Shown piece by piece: positions 38,053-47,325 of a stretch of 55,454 nucleotides of DNA; within the stretch, counting starts at the first letter, position 1; each line of letters opens with the position of its first letter. The translations under genes and the position numbers were made by a program. Under the pieces are notes generated by a model. The model was not told the DNA's origin and did no database searches. It was given only the letters and a program-made list of their open reading frames with translations. Source of the stretch: Candidatus Poseidoniales archaeon (GTDB lineage Archaea > Thermoplasmatota > Poseidoniia > MGIII > CG-Epi1); the NCBI GenBank assembly GCA_045567955.1, contig JBJLBX010000031.1, positions 1-55,454 of the forward strand, written 5' to 3'.

Positions 38053-39417
38053 ATGCGGGTACTGATTGCTGGTGCTGGGGAAGTCGGGTTTCGTGTTGCA
38101 CGGGATTTAGTTTATCGAGGCCATGAAGTAACAGTAGTAGATTCAAATTTGGCAGCAGTAAAAAGAGCCCAAACTCTAGATGCCCAAGTTTTCAGGGGAA
38201 GTGCAGCCTCAGCCAAATTATTGTTTGAGGAAGCTTATTTGGAAAAAGCGGATCTATTCATTGCCGTAACTGGAAATGATATAGTCAACATTACAGGTTG
38301 TTCTATTGCTAAAAAAGCAGGATGTAAGACTATTGCTCGCATTAATAATCCTGATTTAACGGACATGCCTGAAGGTCATGAAATTCAACAATTATTTGGT
38401 ATAGATGCCTATGTGTCACCAGATGAATTGGCCATGCACCGAATTTGGCAAATATTGTCAAGACCTGCTCTTACACGTTTAGAACACTTTTCAGTAGGTA
38501 AGCTTAGAATCCTTGAAGTTAGGTTAAGTGATAGCTCACCGTCGATTGGCAGACCACTTGGAAATATTAATTTACCTCCTCACTGCCGTATTGTTTTGAT
38601 AGCTCGTGAAGAAGGAGTCATAATTCCAAAGGATAATGATACTTTAATGCCTAGAGATAGAATTTTGATATTGTTAAGTGAATATAGTGAATTAGATGAA
38701 TTATCTGATGCCTTAGGAATACCAAAAGAAATAACTGATGAAAGAAATATCAAACGTATTATGATAGCTGGAACAAGTAGGATTGCAATTCGTTTAGCCG
38801 AACAAGTTTCTAAGAGATATAAAGAGGTAGAAATTTATATTGCAGAACCAGATAAAGAAATGGCAGATTCAGCAAGTTCACAATTACCTGAAAATGTTCG
38901 AGTTTTGGTTGGTTCTTCTACAGATAGGCATTTTTTAAGAGAAGAAGGCATTAGGTATGAAGATCTTTTTGTTGCTGCAACAGATCGGGAGGATTTGAAT
39001 GTTTTAAGTTGTTTGTTGGCTAAGAAAGAAGGGGCAAAGCGTACTGTAGCATTAGTTTATCAAACAGAATTAGAATATGTTGTCCAGGATACAGGTATTG
39101 ATACCTTAATTAATCCTAAAAGAGTCACAGTAAATGCTATAGTTAATAGAGCGACATCAACAGATGAAATTGAAGGTATGGAGGAATTAGAGGGAGGGGA
39201 TGCTTCTGTACGTGAATTCCTTATTAAAAACAAAAATGGTAAGACTGGAAAGAAGTTATCAAGTCTAAACTTACCTGAAGATACCTTAATTGCCATGATT
39301 AATAGAGATGGAGAAGCCATATTCCCAGATACAGATTCAGTTTTAGAGGAAAAAGATCATGTCTTAGTTTTCACTCTTAAGAATAAACTTCCAGAGGTGG
39401 AAAACTTTTTCCATTAA
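38053..39417 (+). CDS. trkA: Trk potassium uptake NAD-binding subunit
   Basis: GAGEVG; two RCK_N/RCK_C units. Confidence 0.93.
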   Translation: MRVLIAGAGEVGFRVARDLVYRGHEVTVVDSNLAAVKRAQTLDAQVFRGSAASAKLLFEEAYLEKADLFIAVTGNDIVNITGCSIAKKAGCKTIARINNPDLTDMPEGHEIQQLFGIDAYVSPDELAMHRIWQILSRPALTRLEHFSVGKLRILEVRLSDSSPSIGRPLGNINLPPHCRIVLIAREEGVIIPKDNDTLMPRDRILILLSEYSELDELSDALGIPKEITDERNIKRIMIAGTSRIAIRLAEQVSKRYKEVEIYIAEPDKEMADSASSQLPENVRVLVGSSTDRHFLREEGIRYEDLFVAATDREDLNVLSCLLAKKEGAKRTVALVYQTELEYVVQDTGIDTLINPKRVTVNAIVNRATSTDEIEGMEELEGGDASVREFLIKNKNGKTGKKLSSLNLPEDTLIAMINRDGEAIFPDTDSVLEEKDHVLVFTLKNKLPEVENFFH

Positions 39418-39420
39418 TTG

Positions 39421-40998
39421 ATGAGATTAAAACTCATTCTCGGCCTCACTGGTACCATTTTAGGTTTTTTTGGTCTTAATTTTATTTTTCCAATAATAGT
39501 TGGTTTATATCTTGGAGAAGAATATTTAGATATATTTTGGATGTTTGGCCTTCCAATGATTATTGCTATATCTTTGGGAAGTTTTCTACATTATTATTTT
39601 TATTCTGAACCAGATATTAGGAATCGAGAGGCTTTTTTGCTTGTCACAGTTGTTTGGATTTTGATGGTGATTGTAGGTGCACTTCCGTTTATTGCATCAG
39701 AAAGATTATCGTTAATGTCATATGAAATAGGAATTGCTGGAGCTATTTTTGAATCTATGTCAGGACTTTCTACAACTGGAGCTACAGTTTTAGATTTAGA
39801 AAGTAGTAATCCTGTAAATATTAATCAATATAATCAAGGATATTTTGATGCTCCTAAATCTCTTCTTCTTTGGAGATCTCAAACTCAATGGTTAGGTGGG
39901 ATGGGGATTATTGTTCTTGCAACGATAGTGTTTTCACGACTTTTTGGAGGAGGTATACAGGTTCTTCAAGCAGAAATGCCAGGTACTGGAATAACTAGAT
40001 TAAGGCCACAAATGGCACAGACTGCACGTCTTTTGTGGAGCATTTATTTTTTTATGACTTTAGTTGAAATAAGTTTATTAACATTTTTTTCAGAAATGCC
40101 ACTATATGATGCAATATGTAATTCTTTTTCTACAGTTTCCACAGGAGGTTTTTCGCCTCAACGTGGTTCTATAGGTTCTTATGATAGTTCTTTTGTTATA
40201 GGCATTATTACATTTTTCATGCTAATTTCAGGCATAAATTTCGTTATATTGTATTATGTTTTCAATAATTTAATAGATTTCTCGAAAAAATTATCTGAGA
40301 GAATGAAAATTTCTTTTAAGGTTCTAAGAGAGAATGATGAGTTAAGTTTCTATATGTCGTTGGTATTCTTTTCTATATCTTTAATTTTTGTGAATTTAAT
40401 TTTAGACACTGATAATATGGATAGTATATTTTCTAATTTTCTTCATGCTTCTTTTCAAACAATTTCTCTGTTAACAGGTACTGGTTTTACTACAACAAAT
40501 TACATGGATTGGCCACAGATGTCTGTTTTTGTATTGTTACTTGCTATGTTTACAGGAGGTTGTGCAGGATCTACTACAGGTGGAATTAAGATGGTTAGAA
40601 TTATGCTTCTTTTCAAGGCTTTGAAAAGAGAATTGGTTTTGGTTATTCACCCACGTGCAGTAATCAAATTAAGAATCGGTGATAAAGTTTTGAATGAAGA
40701 TTTATTCCGTAATGTTGGCGTCTTTTTCTTCATTTTTATAATATTATTTTTATTAGGTTCTTTAGTTACATTATACTTAGAAGGTAATAATCCGAACATA
40801 GGTGTAATCGATGGGATTTCAATATCACTATCTTGTCTGGCCAATATAGGGCCTGGCATCGGCGCTATTGGGCCTACTGAGGCATACGGTGCCTTTGGAG
40901 ATTCTACACTTTTATTTTTATCTTTTCTAATGATGCTTGGACGTTTGGAAATAATTACAGTATTATTATTATTCTTTCCAGATACTTATAGAGATTAG
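39421..40998 (+). CDS. trkH: Trk potassium uptake membrane subunit
   Basis: ESMSGLSTTGAT, QWLGGMG, STGGF, GGCAGSTTGGIK, ANIGPG, GRLEI motifs. Confidence 0.95.
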   Translation: MRLKLILGLTGTILGFFGLNFIFPIIVGLYLGEEYLDIFWMFGLPMIIAISLGSFLHYYFYSEPDIRNREAFLLVTVVWILMVIVGALPFIASERLSLMSYEIGIAGAIFESMSGLSTTGATVLDLESSNPVNINQYNQGYFDAPKSLLLWRSQTQWLGGMGIIVLATIVFSRLFGGGIQVLQAEMPGTGITRLRPQMAQTARLLWSIYFFMTLVEISLLTFFSEMPLYDAICNSFSTVSTGGFSPQRGSIGSYDSSFVIGIITFFMLISGINFVILYYVFNNLIDFSKKLSERMKISFKVLRENDELSFYMSLVFFSISLIFVNLILDTDNMDSIFSNFLHASFQTISLLTGTGFTTTNYMDWPQMSVFVLLLAMFTGGCAGSTTGGIKMVRIMLLFKALKRELVLVIHPRAVIKLRIGDKVLNEDLFRNVGVFFFIFIILFLLGSLVTLYLEGNNPNIGVIDGISISLSCLANIGPGIGAIGPTEAYGAFGDSTLLFLSFLMMLGRLEIITVLLLFFPDTYRD

Positions 40999-41035
40999 GG
41001 CGCAACTTGAATATGCCGTCCCTTGTTGAGGTGTT

Positions 41036-41467
41036 ATGTCTGAAGATAAGGAGCTTGGTTCTGAAATACCTGCTTTTGTGAAGAAGTATGTACCTGCAGT
41101 CAACCGAGGTCTAGCTTGGGCTAAATATGGTAAAGAAAAAGGTGAAGGAACTGCCAATAAAGTTGCGGCATTTCAAGATTCTCGTGATGAGGGTTTCCAA
41201 GCAGCTTCAGCAGTATCATCTGATATGTCTGCTGAGGATATATTTGAAGTAGCAAGTAAAAAAATGTGGGATGTAGCTAATGAGTATACAGAGCAGGCAA
41301 AAATTTTGGCTATTGAAATAAATAAACAAAAAGATAAAGAAGATAGAGACAATGCTCTTGGCCTTGCTCGAGTGGCAGCTCGAAAGGCTGGCTTACATGC
41401 TGCAGTGGCTGCAGGGTGGGAGAAGGGTTGGAAAGAAGGTATTGAGAAAAATAACTCTCAAAATTAA
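41036..41467 (+). CDS. Hypothetical alpha-helical Ala/Lys/Glu-rich protein
   Basis: Strong GAGGTG RBS at about 41029; 143-aa ORF; no family recognised. Confidence 0.75.
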   Translation: MSEDKELGSEIPAFVKKYVPAVNRGLAWAKYGKEKGEGTANKVAAFQDSRDEGFQAASAVSSDMSAEDIFEVASKKMWDVANEYTEQAKILAIEINKQKDKEDRDNALGLARVAARKAGLHAAVAAGWEKGWKEGIEKNNSQN

Positions 41468-42744
41468 ATTAATCTTAATTGAGTACTGCTAATATAATTA
41501 CCAGATTTGGTTAATTCTATATGTATATCTGAGAGGAAGGCATCTTCTGCAAATAATTCATCAATTTGGTTTTGATCAATTGCCATACTTATGAATTTAG
41601 TTCGCCCTTGTCTACCCAGACTTACAATTTTCGCATTAATCATTCCTTGCATATCTAATTCTGAAATAATATGCCCTACTCTTCTTTGACTCAAGTGATC
41701 AAGGCTGAAATGTTTACAAATTTGCATATATGTACTATAAACTTCACCTGTGGTTTGATGTCCATCTTTTCTCTTACCTTGATTTAATACAACTCCAGCT
41801 AATGTTGCCTTGTACTGAATTGGTAATGTTGAAACAATACTACGAACTTGATCTATCTCCATAATATTTTGGGCTTTGTTAACATATTTTACAGTAACTA
41901 GTTCAGAATCATCCCTTTCAGCTAATTCAGCTGAAATTCTGAGTAAGTCTAATGCTTTTCTTGCATCGCCATGTTGCTGTGCAGCTTTACTAGCACAATA
42001 TGTCAGCACAAGGGGATCAACTACATTATCATGAAATGCAATTTGAGCTCTTTGAGATAATATTTCTTCAATTTGCAATGCATTGTATGGTGCAAATGTC
42101 AATGATTCTTCACCTAACCTAGATTTTACTCGAGGATCTAACCATGTAGTGAATTTGCTATCATTTGAGATTCCAATAAGCGAAATTTTAGAATTACTTA
42201 AATCTGAGTTTAAACCAGTAAGATGATATAGAATATCATCACCTTTTTTGTTTACCAAAGCATCAATTTCATCAAGTATAACGATTGCAATTCCACCATT
42301 GTCATCAGCTTTTTGTTTTAATGCAGCATAAACTTTGTCAATTCTCCAACCTGCATTAGGTACTATAGTTTCCCATTCACTAGAATATGATTTTCCAATA
42401 TTTGTTAAAACTCCGTACGGTGTATTGGTTTGTTTACAATTAATATAAGCTGTATGGATTTGTTTATTTTCTTTTTCAGCCTTTTCTAAAATTTGGTCGC
42501 AAATAAATTTTGCAATTGCAGTTTTTCCAGTTCCTGTCTGGCCGTATATTAAGATATTAGATGGCCGGGCACCATACAATGCAGGCTTCAAAATGTTTGC
42601 AAAACCATTAATTTCATTATCTCTATGTGGAAAAAAAGAAGGTATAAATGTAGGCGAAAGAGCTTCTCTGTTCTTAAAAATCCTTTCTTTATTCATGATG
42701 TTATCGAAAACATTGCGATTTCCAGTATTCCGTACTTTTTTCAT
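41464..42744 (-). CDS. cdc6: Orc1/Cdc6 replication initiator
   Basis: GQTGTGKT, ILDEID, LDPRVKSRL, GDARKALDLL and winged-helix GRQGRT motifs. Confidence 0.96.
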   Translation of the reverse strand: MKKVRNTGNRNVFDNIMNKERIFKNREALSPTFIPSFFPHRDNEINGFANILKPALYGARPSNILIYGQTGTGKTAIAKFICDQILEKAEKENKQIHTAYINCKQTNTPYGVLTNIGKSYSSEWETIVPNAGWRIDKVYAALKQKADDNGGIAIVILDEIDALVNKKGDDILYHLTGLNSDLSNSKISLIGISNDSKFTTWLDPRVKSRLGEESLTFAPYNALQIEEILSQRAQIAFHDNVVDPLVLTYCASKAAQQHGDARKALDLLRISAELAERDDSELVTVKYVNKAQNIMEIDQVRSIVSTLPIQYKATLAGVVLNQGKRKDGHQTTGEVYSTYMQICKHFSLDHLSQRRVGHIISELDMQGMINAKIVSLGRQGRTKFISMAIDQNQIDELFAEDAFLSDIHIELTKSGNYISSTQLRLI

Positions 42745-42921
42745 TAATAATAGCTCTACAACTAGTGGGGCCTTGGGTATAGCCTAGTGGCTATAAACTA
42801 AACGGGGGTTACTCTTTTTTGTTTCTCTTTTTAAAGGCTAATTTAGCAAGCATCATTTAATAAAATATAATCTTTTTTAATTTACAAAAAGTGTTTTGTT
42901 CTGCCTCTAATTGCTATAAAC
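42745..42921. promoter_or_regulatory. cdc6/DP1 divergent intergenic region; candidate replication origin or Orc1 operator
   Basis: CTAGTGG at 42762 and 42784; inverted repeat TATAGCC-TAGT-GGCTATA at 42778-42795; AAACTAAACGGGGG G-string; adjacent very AT-rich tract. Confidence 0.4.
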
Positions 42922-44352
42922 TTGGTAGTTAAAGAAAAGGAAATTATTGATTGGCTTTCTGAGCGTAAATTGATGCCTTCCCCTGAATTAATAACGCACG
43001 TATCTAATCACCCTGATGGTTTAGTTCTCCTTGAGAAATCAGTTGCATCTTTAGATGGCCCTAGATTGTTTTTGAGTGTATCTGATTTGATTATAGAAAA
43101 TAATCCAGAACCTCCCAAACCAATAAGCCGGCCAAAAGTTGCAGAAATTCCACCTATAGTTATTGAAAGACAAATAGACAAAAGTATGTCTGATGGGAAG
43201 TTACAAAGTTTCGTATCTTTATTTAATGATCGTTTTACTACACTCTCACGTCTTGTTCGAAGGAATCCTTCTATGCGTGATGCAGGTCCCTTATCAGCCT
43301 TAAATCCTGATGAAGAGAATCAGGCAATAGGTATGATTGCAGAAATTCAAAACTATCCAAATGGCCGAACTAAAGTAGTTCTTGAAGATACTGACAATAG
43401 AATTAATATAATGCTTAAAGAGGAAGAAGGCAATCCACTTAATTTATTGAATGATGAAGTTATTGGCGTATCAGGAAAATTGAATAGACAAGGGAATTTG
43501 CTTTATGTTAATTCTCCAATAGTTCGTCCACATTTAGGTCGTTATCGTGAATCTGCACGTTCTGAAGAACCCTACATCGCTCTTTTTATTTCAGATATTC
43601 ATCTTGGAAGCGGAACATTTAAAGAAAATGAATGGAATAAATTTATTTCATGGTTAAATGGTGAAGTTGATTATCATAAAGAGTGGATTCCAGATCCAGG
43701 TTATCTTGTGATAGCTGGAGATGCAGTGGATGGAATTGACTCTTATCCTGGTCAGGAGGAAGATTTGTCCATAACTGATGTATGGGAACAATACTCTACA
43801 TTGTCAAAATCTATCTCAAAGATACCACACGAGATTCAAACAGTGATAATGCCTGGAAATCATGATGCAGTTCGCTTGATGGAACCACAATTACCACTTC
43901 CAGATAAAGTCATAAAAGATTTTGGAGACAATCTCACATTTACTGCAAATCCAGTATTATTGAATTTAGCTGGCGTTCAAGTTCTTTGCTATCACGGTAA
44001 ATCATTAGATGATTTAGTTAGTCTTAGAGATTTAACATATGATAATCCTATGTCTATGATGAAAGAGTTGTTGAACAGAAGACATATGGCTCCAATATAT
44101 GGAGCAAAAACACCCTTAGCTCCTGAAAATCAAGATCATATGTTAATACGTGAAGTTCCAGATATTTTTGTTACAGGTCATGTTCATTCATTTGGTATTG
44201 AAAGATATAACGGTGTTTTAATGCTAAATCCAGGCACTTGGCAAGCACAAACAGATTATCAAAAGATGATGGGTTTTCAGCCACAGCCATGTAGGGCCGT
44301 TGCAGTTAACCTCCAAACATTTGATACGCAAGTACTAGATTTTAATTTTTAG
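42922..44352 (+). CDS. polB: DNA polymerase D small subunit DP1 (3'-5' exonuclease)
   Basis: OB fold LEDT..RI; SDIHLGS, GDAVDGI..YPGQ, PGNHD, YHGKS, GHVH, NPGTWQ.QT motifs. Confidence 0.96.
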   Translation: MVVKEKEIIDWLSERKLMPSPELITHVSNHPDGLVLLEKSVASLDGPRLFLSVSDLIIENNPEPPKPISRPKVAEIPPIVIERQIDKSMSDGKLQSFVSLFNDRFTTLSRLVRRNPSMRDAGPLSALNPDEENQAIGMIAEIQNYPNGRTKVVLEDTDNRINIMLKEEEGNPLNLLNDEVIGVSGKLNRQGNLLYVNSPIVRPHLGRYRESARSEEPYIALFISDIHLGSGTFKENEWNKFISWLNGEVDYHKEWIPDPGYLVIAGDAVDGIDSYPGQEEDLSITDVWEQYSTLSKSISKIPHEIQTVIMPGNHDAVRLMEPQLPLPDKVIKDFGDNLTFTANPVLLNLAGVQVLCYHGKSLDDLVSLRDLTYDNPMSMMKELLNRRHMAPIYGAKTPLAPENQDHMLIREVPDIFVTGHVHSFGIERYNGVLMLNPGTWQAQTDYQKMMGFQPQPCRAVAVNLQTFDTQVLDFNF

Positions 44353-44395
44353 TTAACTCAGTTTATAAATATTCGCAGTTCTAGTAAAATTATAC

Positions 44396-44797
44396 ATGCG
44401 AGATTCTAACAATGCATTTCATTTGGCAATTCCTTGCAAGGATTTAGACGAAACGGTTGATTTTTATGAGAATAAATTAGGTTGTGAGCTTCGACGTAGA
44501 TATGGTGACAGAGTTACTTTTTTTTTCTTTGGAGATCAATTAGTTTGTCATCTTTCTCCAGACAAGATAGATTTAGATCCGGAACCATATCCTAGACATT
44601 TTGGAATAACCTTTTCTAATAAGAAGGATTTTGAATCATTTACCGAGCATTTATTATCTAAGAAAGTTCAATTTTTGAATCCTATTAGTACGCGTTTTGA
44701 GGGAAAACCTGAAGTACATACTACTTTTTTCTTGAAAGATCCTTCAAATAATATTTTAGAATTTAAATTTTATCCAAATAAGGAAATGATGTATTAA
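44396..44797 (+). CDS. VOC/glyoxalase-superfamily protein
   Basis: FHLAIP..DL.....FY...LG, HFG, FLKDPSNNILEFK. TATA TTTATAAATA at about 44371. Confidence 0.88.
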   Translation: MRDSNNAFHLAIPCKDLDETVDFYENKLGCELRRRYGDRVTFFFFGDQLVCHLSPDKIDLDPEPYPRHFGITFSNKKDFESFTEHLLSKKVQFLNPISTRFEGKPEVHTTFFLKDPSNNILEFKFYPNKEMMY

Positions 44798-44799
44798 AT

Positions 44800-45855
44800 A
44801 TGTCTAAGATAAAAGTGATAATTACAGGAGCAGGCGGAGGTGGGGCTAATAATATAATTTCTACAATTAAAGAGAGAGAAAAGTATACTTTGATTGGTTT
44901 TGATATATCTAAATTTAAGGTTGCAAGAGCTAATGTTGATTTCCGTTTTGTAGTTCCTCCAGCTTCTTCTCCAGATTATGTGGCTGAGATAACTAAAATA
45001 ATTAAAGAAATAAAACCTGATTTGATAATTCCAACTAATGATCCTGAGGTTGAAAAGTTATCAGAATACCGAGATAAGATAGGAACTGAATTATTTTTTC
45101 CAGATCATGATTCCGTAGTACTTTGTTTGAATAAATGGAATTTCCATAATTTTGCAATAAAAAATAAAATCCGCGTTGCAGAAACATATCATGTTAAAAG
45201 TATAGATGATGTTGATCAGATATTCTCTAATTTTAATTCTGAGTTACTTTGGTGTAGGGCCATAAAAGGAGCAGGTTCCAAGGGAGCTACTAAGGTTAAG
45301 GATCCTGAGCAAGCAAAATGGTGGATAAGGTATTGGAATGAGATGAGAGGTATGGAAATTTCAGATTTTACAATATCTGAGTTTTTACCAGGTAAAGATT
45401 TTGCTTGCCAAAGTACATGGAAAAAAGGTAAATTGATTTTAATGAAGGCCGCAGAACGGCTTTCCTATATTGAAGCTGCATCACGGCCAAGTAATATGTC
45501 CTCTTCACCAGAGCTTGCTAAAACAGTTTATGATGAAAAATTGTTTGATTTCTGTATCGATGTTATTAATAAATTATCTGGAGGCAATGCTCATGGTAAT
45601 TATGACATTGATATTAAGATGAATTCTGATAATCAATTTTGTGTTACAGAAATAAATATAGGTCGTTTTTTTATGATCACAAATTTATTTAATTTGTGTG
45701 GAGAGCATTCAATGATAGACACTTATCTTAAACTTGCTACAAATCAAGATACTAATATTTCTAACCCTTTTGATTTTTCAGAAAAGTATTTGATTCGTTC
45801 ATTAGATACTTTACCAACTGTTTTATCTTTAGATGAAATAACTAAGCGTCTTTAG
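44800..45855 (+). CDS. ATP-grasp ligase (CarB-like single domain)
   Basis: ITGAGG, IIPTNDPE, KWNF, GAGSKG, EFLPGKDF, EINIGRF motifs. Confidence 0.82.
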   Translation: MSKIKVIITGAGGGGANNIISTIKEREKYTLIGFDISKFKVARANVDFRFVVPPASSPDYVAEITKIIKEIKPDLIIPTNDPEVEKLSEYRDKIGTELFFPDHDSVVLCLNKWNFHNFAIKNKIRVAETYHVKSIDDVDQIFSNFNSELLWCRAIKGAGSKGATKVKDPEQAKWWIRYWNEMRGMEISDFTISEFLPGKDFACQSTWKKGKLILMKAAERLSYIEAASRPSNMSSSPELAKTVYDEKLFDFCIDVINKLSGGNAHGNYDIDIKMNSDNQFCVTEINIGRFFMITNLFNLCGEHSMIDTYLKLATNQDTNISNPFDFSEKYLIRSLDTLPTVLSLDEITKRL

Positions 45856-47086
45856 TTTTTTTAACGAATTTATACAATGAACCTATTCTATCTTCACAGA
45901 AATCCCAATTGTGTTTCTTTTCAGCTAGTTTTCGTGCTCGCCCTCCCATCTTATTACACAAAGGTTCATCAAACATCATTTTCATAATTACAGCTTTTAG
46001 ACGATCCCATTTCCCCCATTCAAATGTTAAACCAATTTCTTCTCTTTCTACCATTTTCCCCATCAATAATTCTTTACAAGTTATAATTGGTACTCCTGCA
46101 GACATAGCCTCGAATAATTTATTTGGTGCACTTAGACGATTATTAACATTCGAAGGATCTAATGCCATTAGTACAGCATCACATTGGATTGTTTGTAGAG
46201 GTACATTATCGGGATGGATGGGCCCTATATATTTCATATTAGGTATTTTAGGTTCCAATTTTTTCAATGTGGGAACCAAAGTTCCAAATCCACCTATATC
46301 GAATTGAACACCTTTCATTTTATTTATTGTAATGGCAGTTTCAAGTATTCCTCTTGAAGGGTGTTTTTCTAAAACTCCGATATAAAGTAATCTGAATGTA
46401 TCTGTTTTCTGTCTGCTTTCTATTCTTCTTATAGGATATGCATCTAGTCTTTTTACATTTCCAACTCTTGTTAACTTAGAATTCATAAAATCTCTTTGAG
46501 AGAGATTCATTACTTCGAATGCATCTTCTTCAGTTGAAGAAAATGGCGCCTTAGTTCCAAGTTCTAACATTTGTGAGATTCTAGCATAATTTGCAGGTCC
46601 AGCAGATATTATGCCATGACAATACTTCAATAATCGAGCTTCTAATCTATGCAGCCATTTTGCTACGATACTAGACACTGCCCCTTCTACTAACCCTGGA
46701 TAGTTTTCATGACAATCATAAACAAGTGGTATCTCTCCAATCTTAGAGGTAAAAACGCCACCAAGTAATGTGTCTAAATCATGGTAGTGAATTATAATAT
46801 CTTTTTCAATTTTCTGGAATGCTAAAATTTGCCAAGTACACCAAGCTAAAAATCTAGGAAGTTTCTTTGCAAAAATGGCAGCATTGTTAAGAGGACATTC
46901 TTCTTGATATCTCCATATAGTGCCCCACTCAGTAGAAGAGGTCATCTCATTCTTTCCAGTTCTATCCCATGCTAAAAGTATTACTCGATGGCCTTGCTTC
47001 GATAAAGTTTTTGCAGTATCAGAAATTACGGGTTCTGCAAAACCGCCAGTTGTCAGGCGACTTCGAACCATAATTATCAGAGACAT
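45842..47086 (-). CDS. GT4-family glycosyltransferase
   Basis: HYHDLDT, VYDCHE, PNKLFEAMSAGVPII motifs. Confidence 0.88.
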   Translation of the reverse strand: MSLIIMVRSRLTTGGFAEPVISDTAKTLSKQGHRVILLAWDRTGKNEMTSSTEWGTIWRYQEECPLNNAAIFAKKLPRFLAWCTWQILAFQKIEKDIIIHYHDLDTLLGGVFTSKIGEIPLVYDCHENYPGLVEGAVSSIVAKWLHRLEARLLKYCHGIISAGPANYARISQMLELGTKAPFSSTEEDAFEVMNLSQRDFMNSKLTRVGNVKRLDAYPIRRIESRQKTDTFRLLYIGVLEKHPSRGILETAITINKMKGVQFDIGGFGTLVPTLKKLEPKIPNMKYIGPIHPDNVPLQTIQCDAVLMALDPSNVNNRLSAPNKLFEAMSAGVPIITCKELLMGKMVEREEIGLTFEWGKWDRLKAVIMKMMFDEPLCNKMGGRARKLAEKKHNWDFCEDRIGSLYKFVKKTKDA

Positions 47087-47134
47087 TATATCTTAAGGAA
47101 ACGGCGCATAAATAGAATCTTTGTTCACACAGAA

Positions 47135-47143
47135 CTTTTAAAC
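47135..47143 (+). promoter_or_regulatory. TATA box of the tRNA-Asn/tRNA-Ile2 transcript
   Basis: CTTTTAAAC about 26 nt upstream of the tRNA-Asn 5' end. Confidence 0.65.
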
Positions 47144-47168
47144 CATACCTCAGTCAGCACCCTTCAGT

Positions 47169-47245
47169 GCCGCTGTAGCTCAGTAGGTCAGAGCATCCGG
47201 CTGTTAACCGGACGGTCATCGGTTCGAATCCGATCAGCGGCGCCA
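47169..47245 (+). tRNA. tRNA-Asn(GUU), CCA encoded
   Basis: GCCGCTG/CAGCGGC acceptor, G73, TCCGG-CTGTTAA-CCGGA anticodon arm, TTCGAAT. Confidence 0.97.
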
Positions 47246-47248
47246 CTG

Positions 47249-47325
47249 GGGCCCGTAGCTTAGTCTGGTGGAGCTCCCGGCTCATAACCGGGCGGTCGTC
47301 GGTTCAAATCCGGCCGGGCCCACCA
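47249..47325 (+). tRNA. tRNA with CAU anticodon, most likely tRNA-Ile2 (agmatidine C34), CCA encoded
   Basis: GGGCCCG/CGGGCCC acceptor, A73, CCCGG-CTCATAA-CCGGG arm. Closely resembles archaeal Ile2 (e.g. Archaeoglobus) rather than Met tRNAs. tRNA call is certain; isotype less so. Confidence 0.9.

Noticed and set aside
38053-40998. Degenerate second Rossmann motif in TrkA (GTSRIA) and LTGTGF filter in TrkH
   Set aside because: Within the variation I expect for Trk proteins; no clear functional novelty.
44800-45855. ATP-grasp as PylC (pyrrolysine synthesis) or CarB
   Set aside because: No pylB/D/S/T or carA nearby; single domain; N-terminus not PylC-like.
47169-47325. tRNA pair as an attachment site of an integrated element
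   Set aside because: No integrase and no duplicated tRNA 3' fragment seen within the window.
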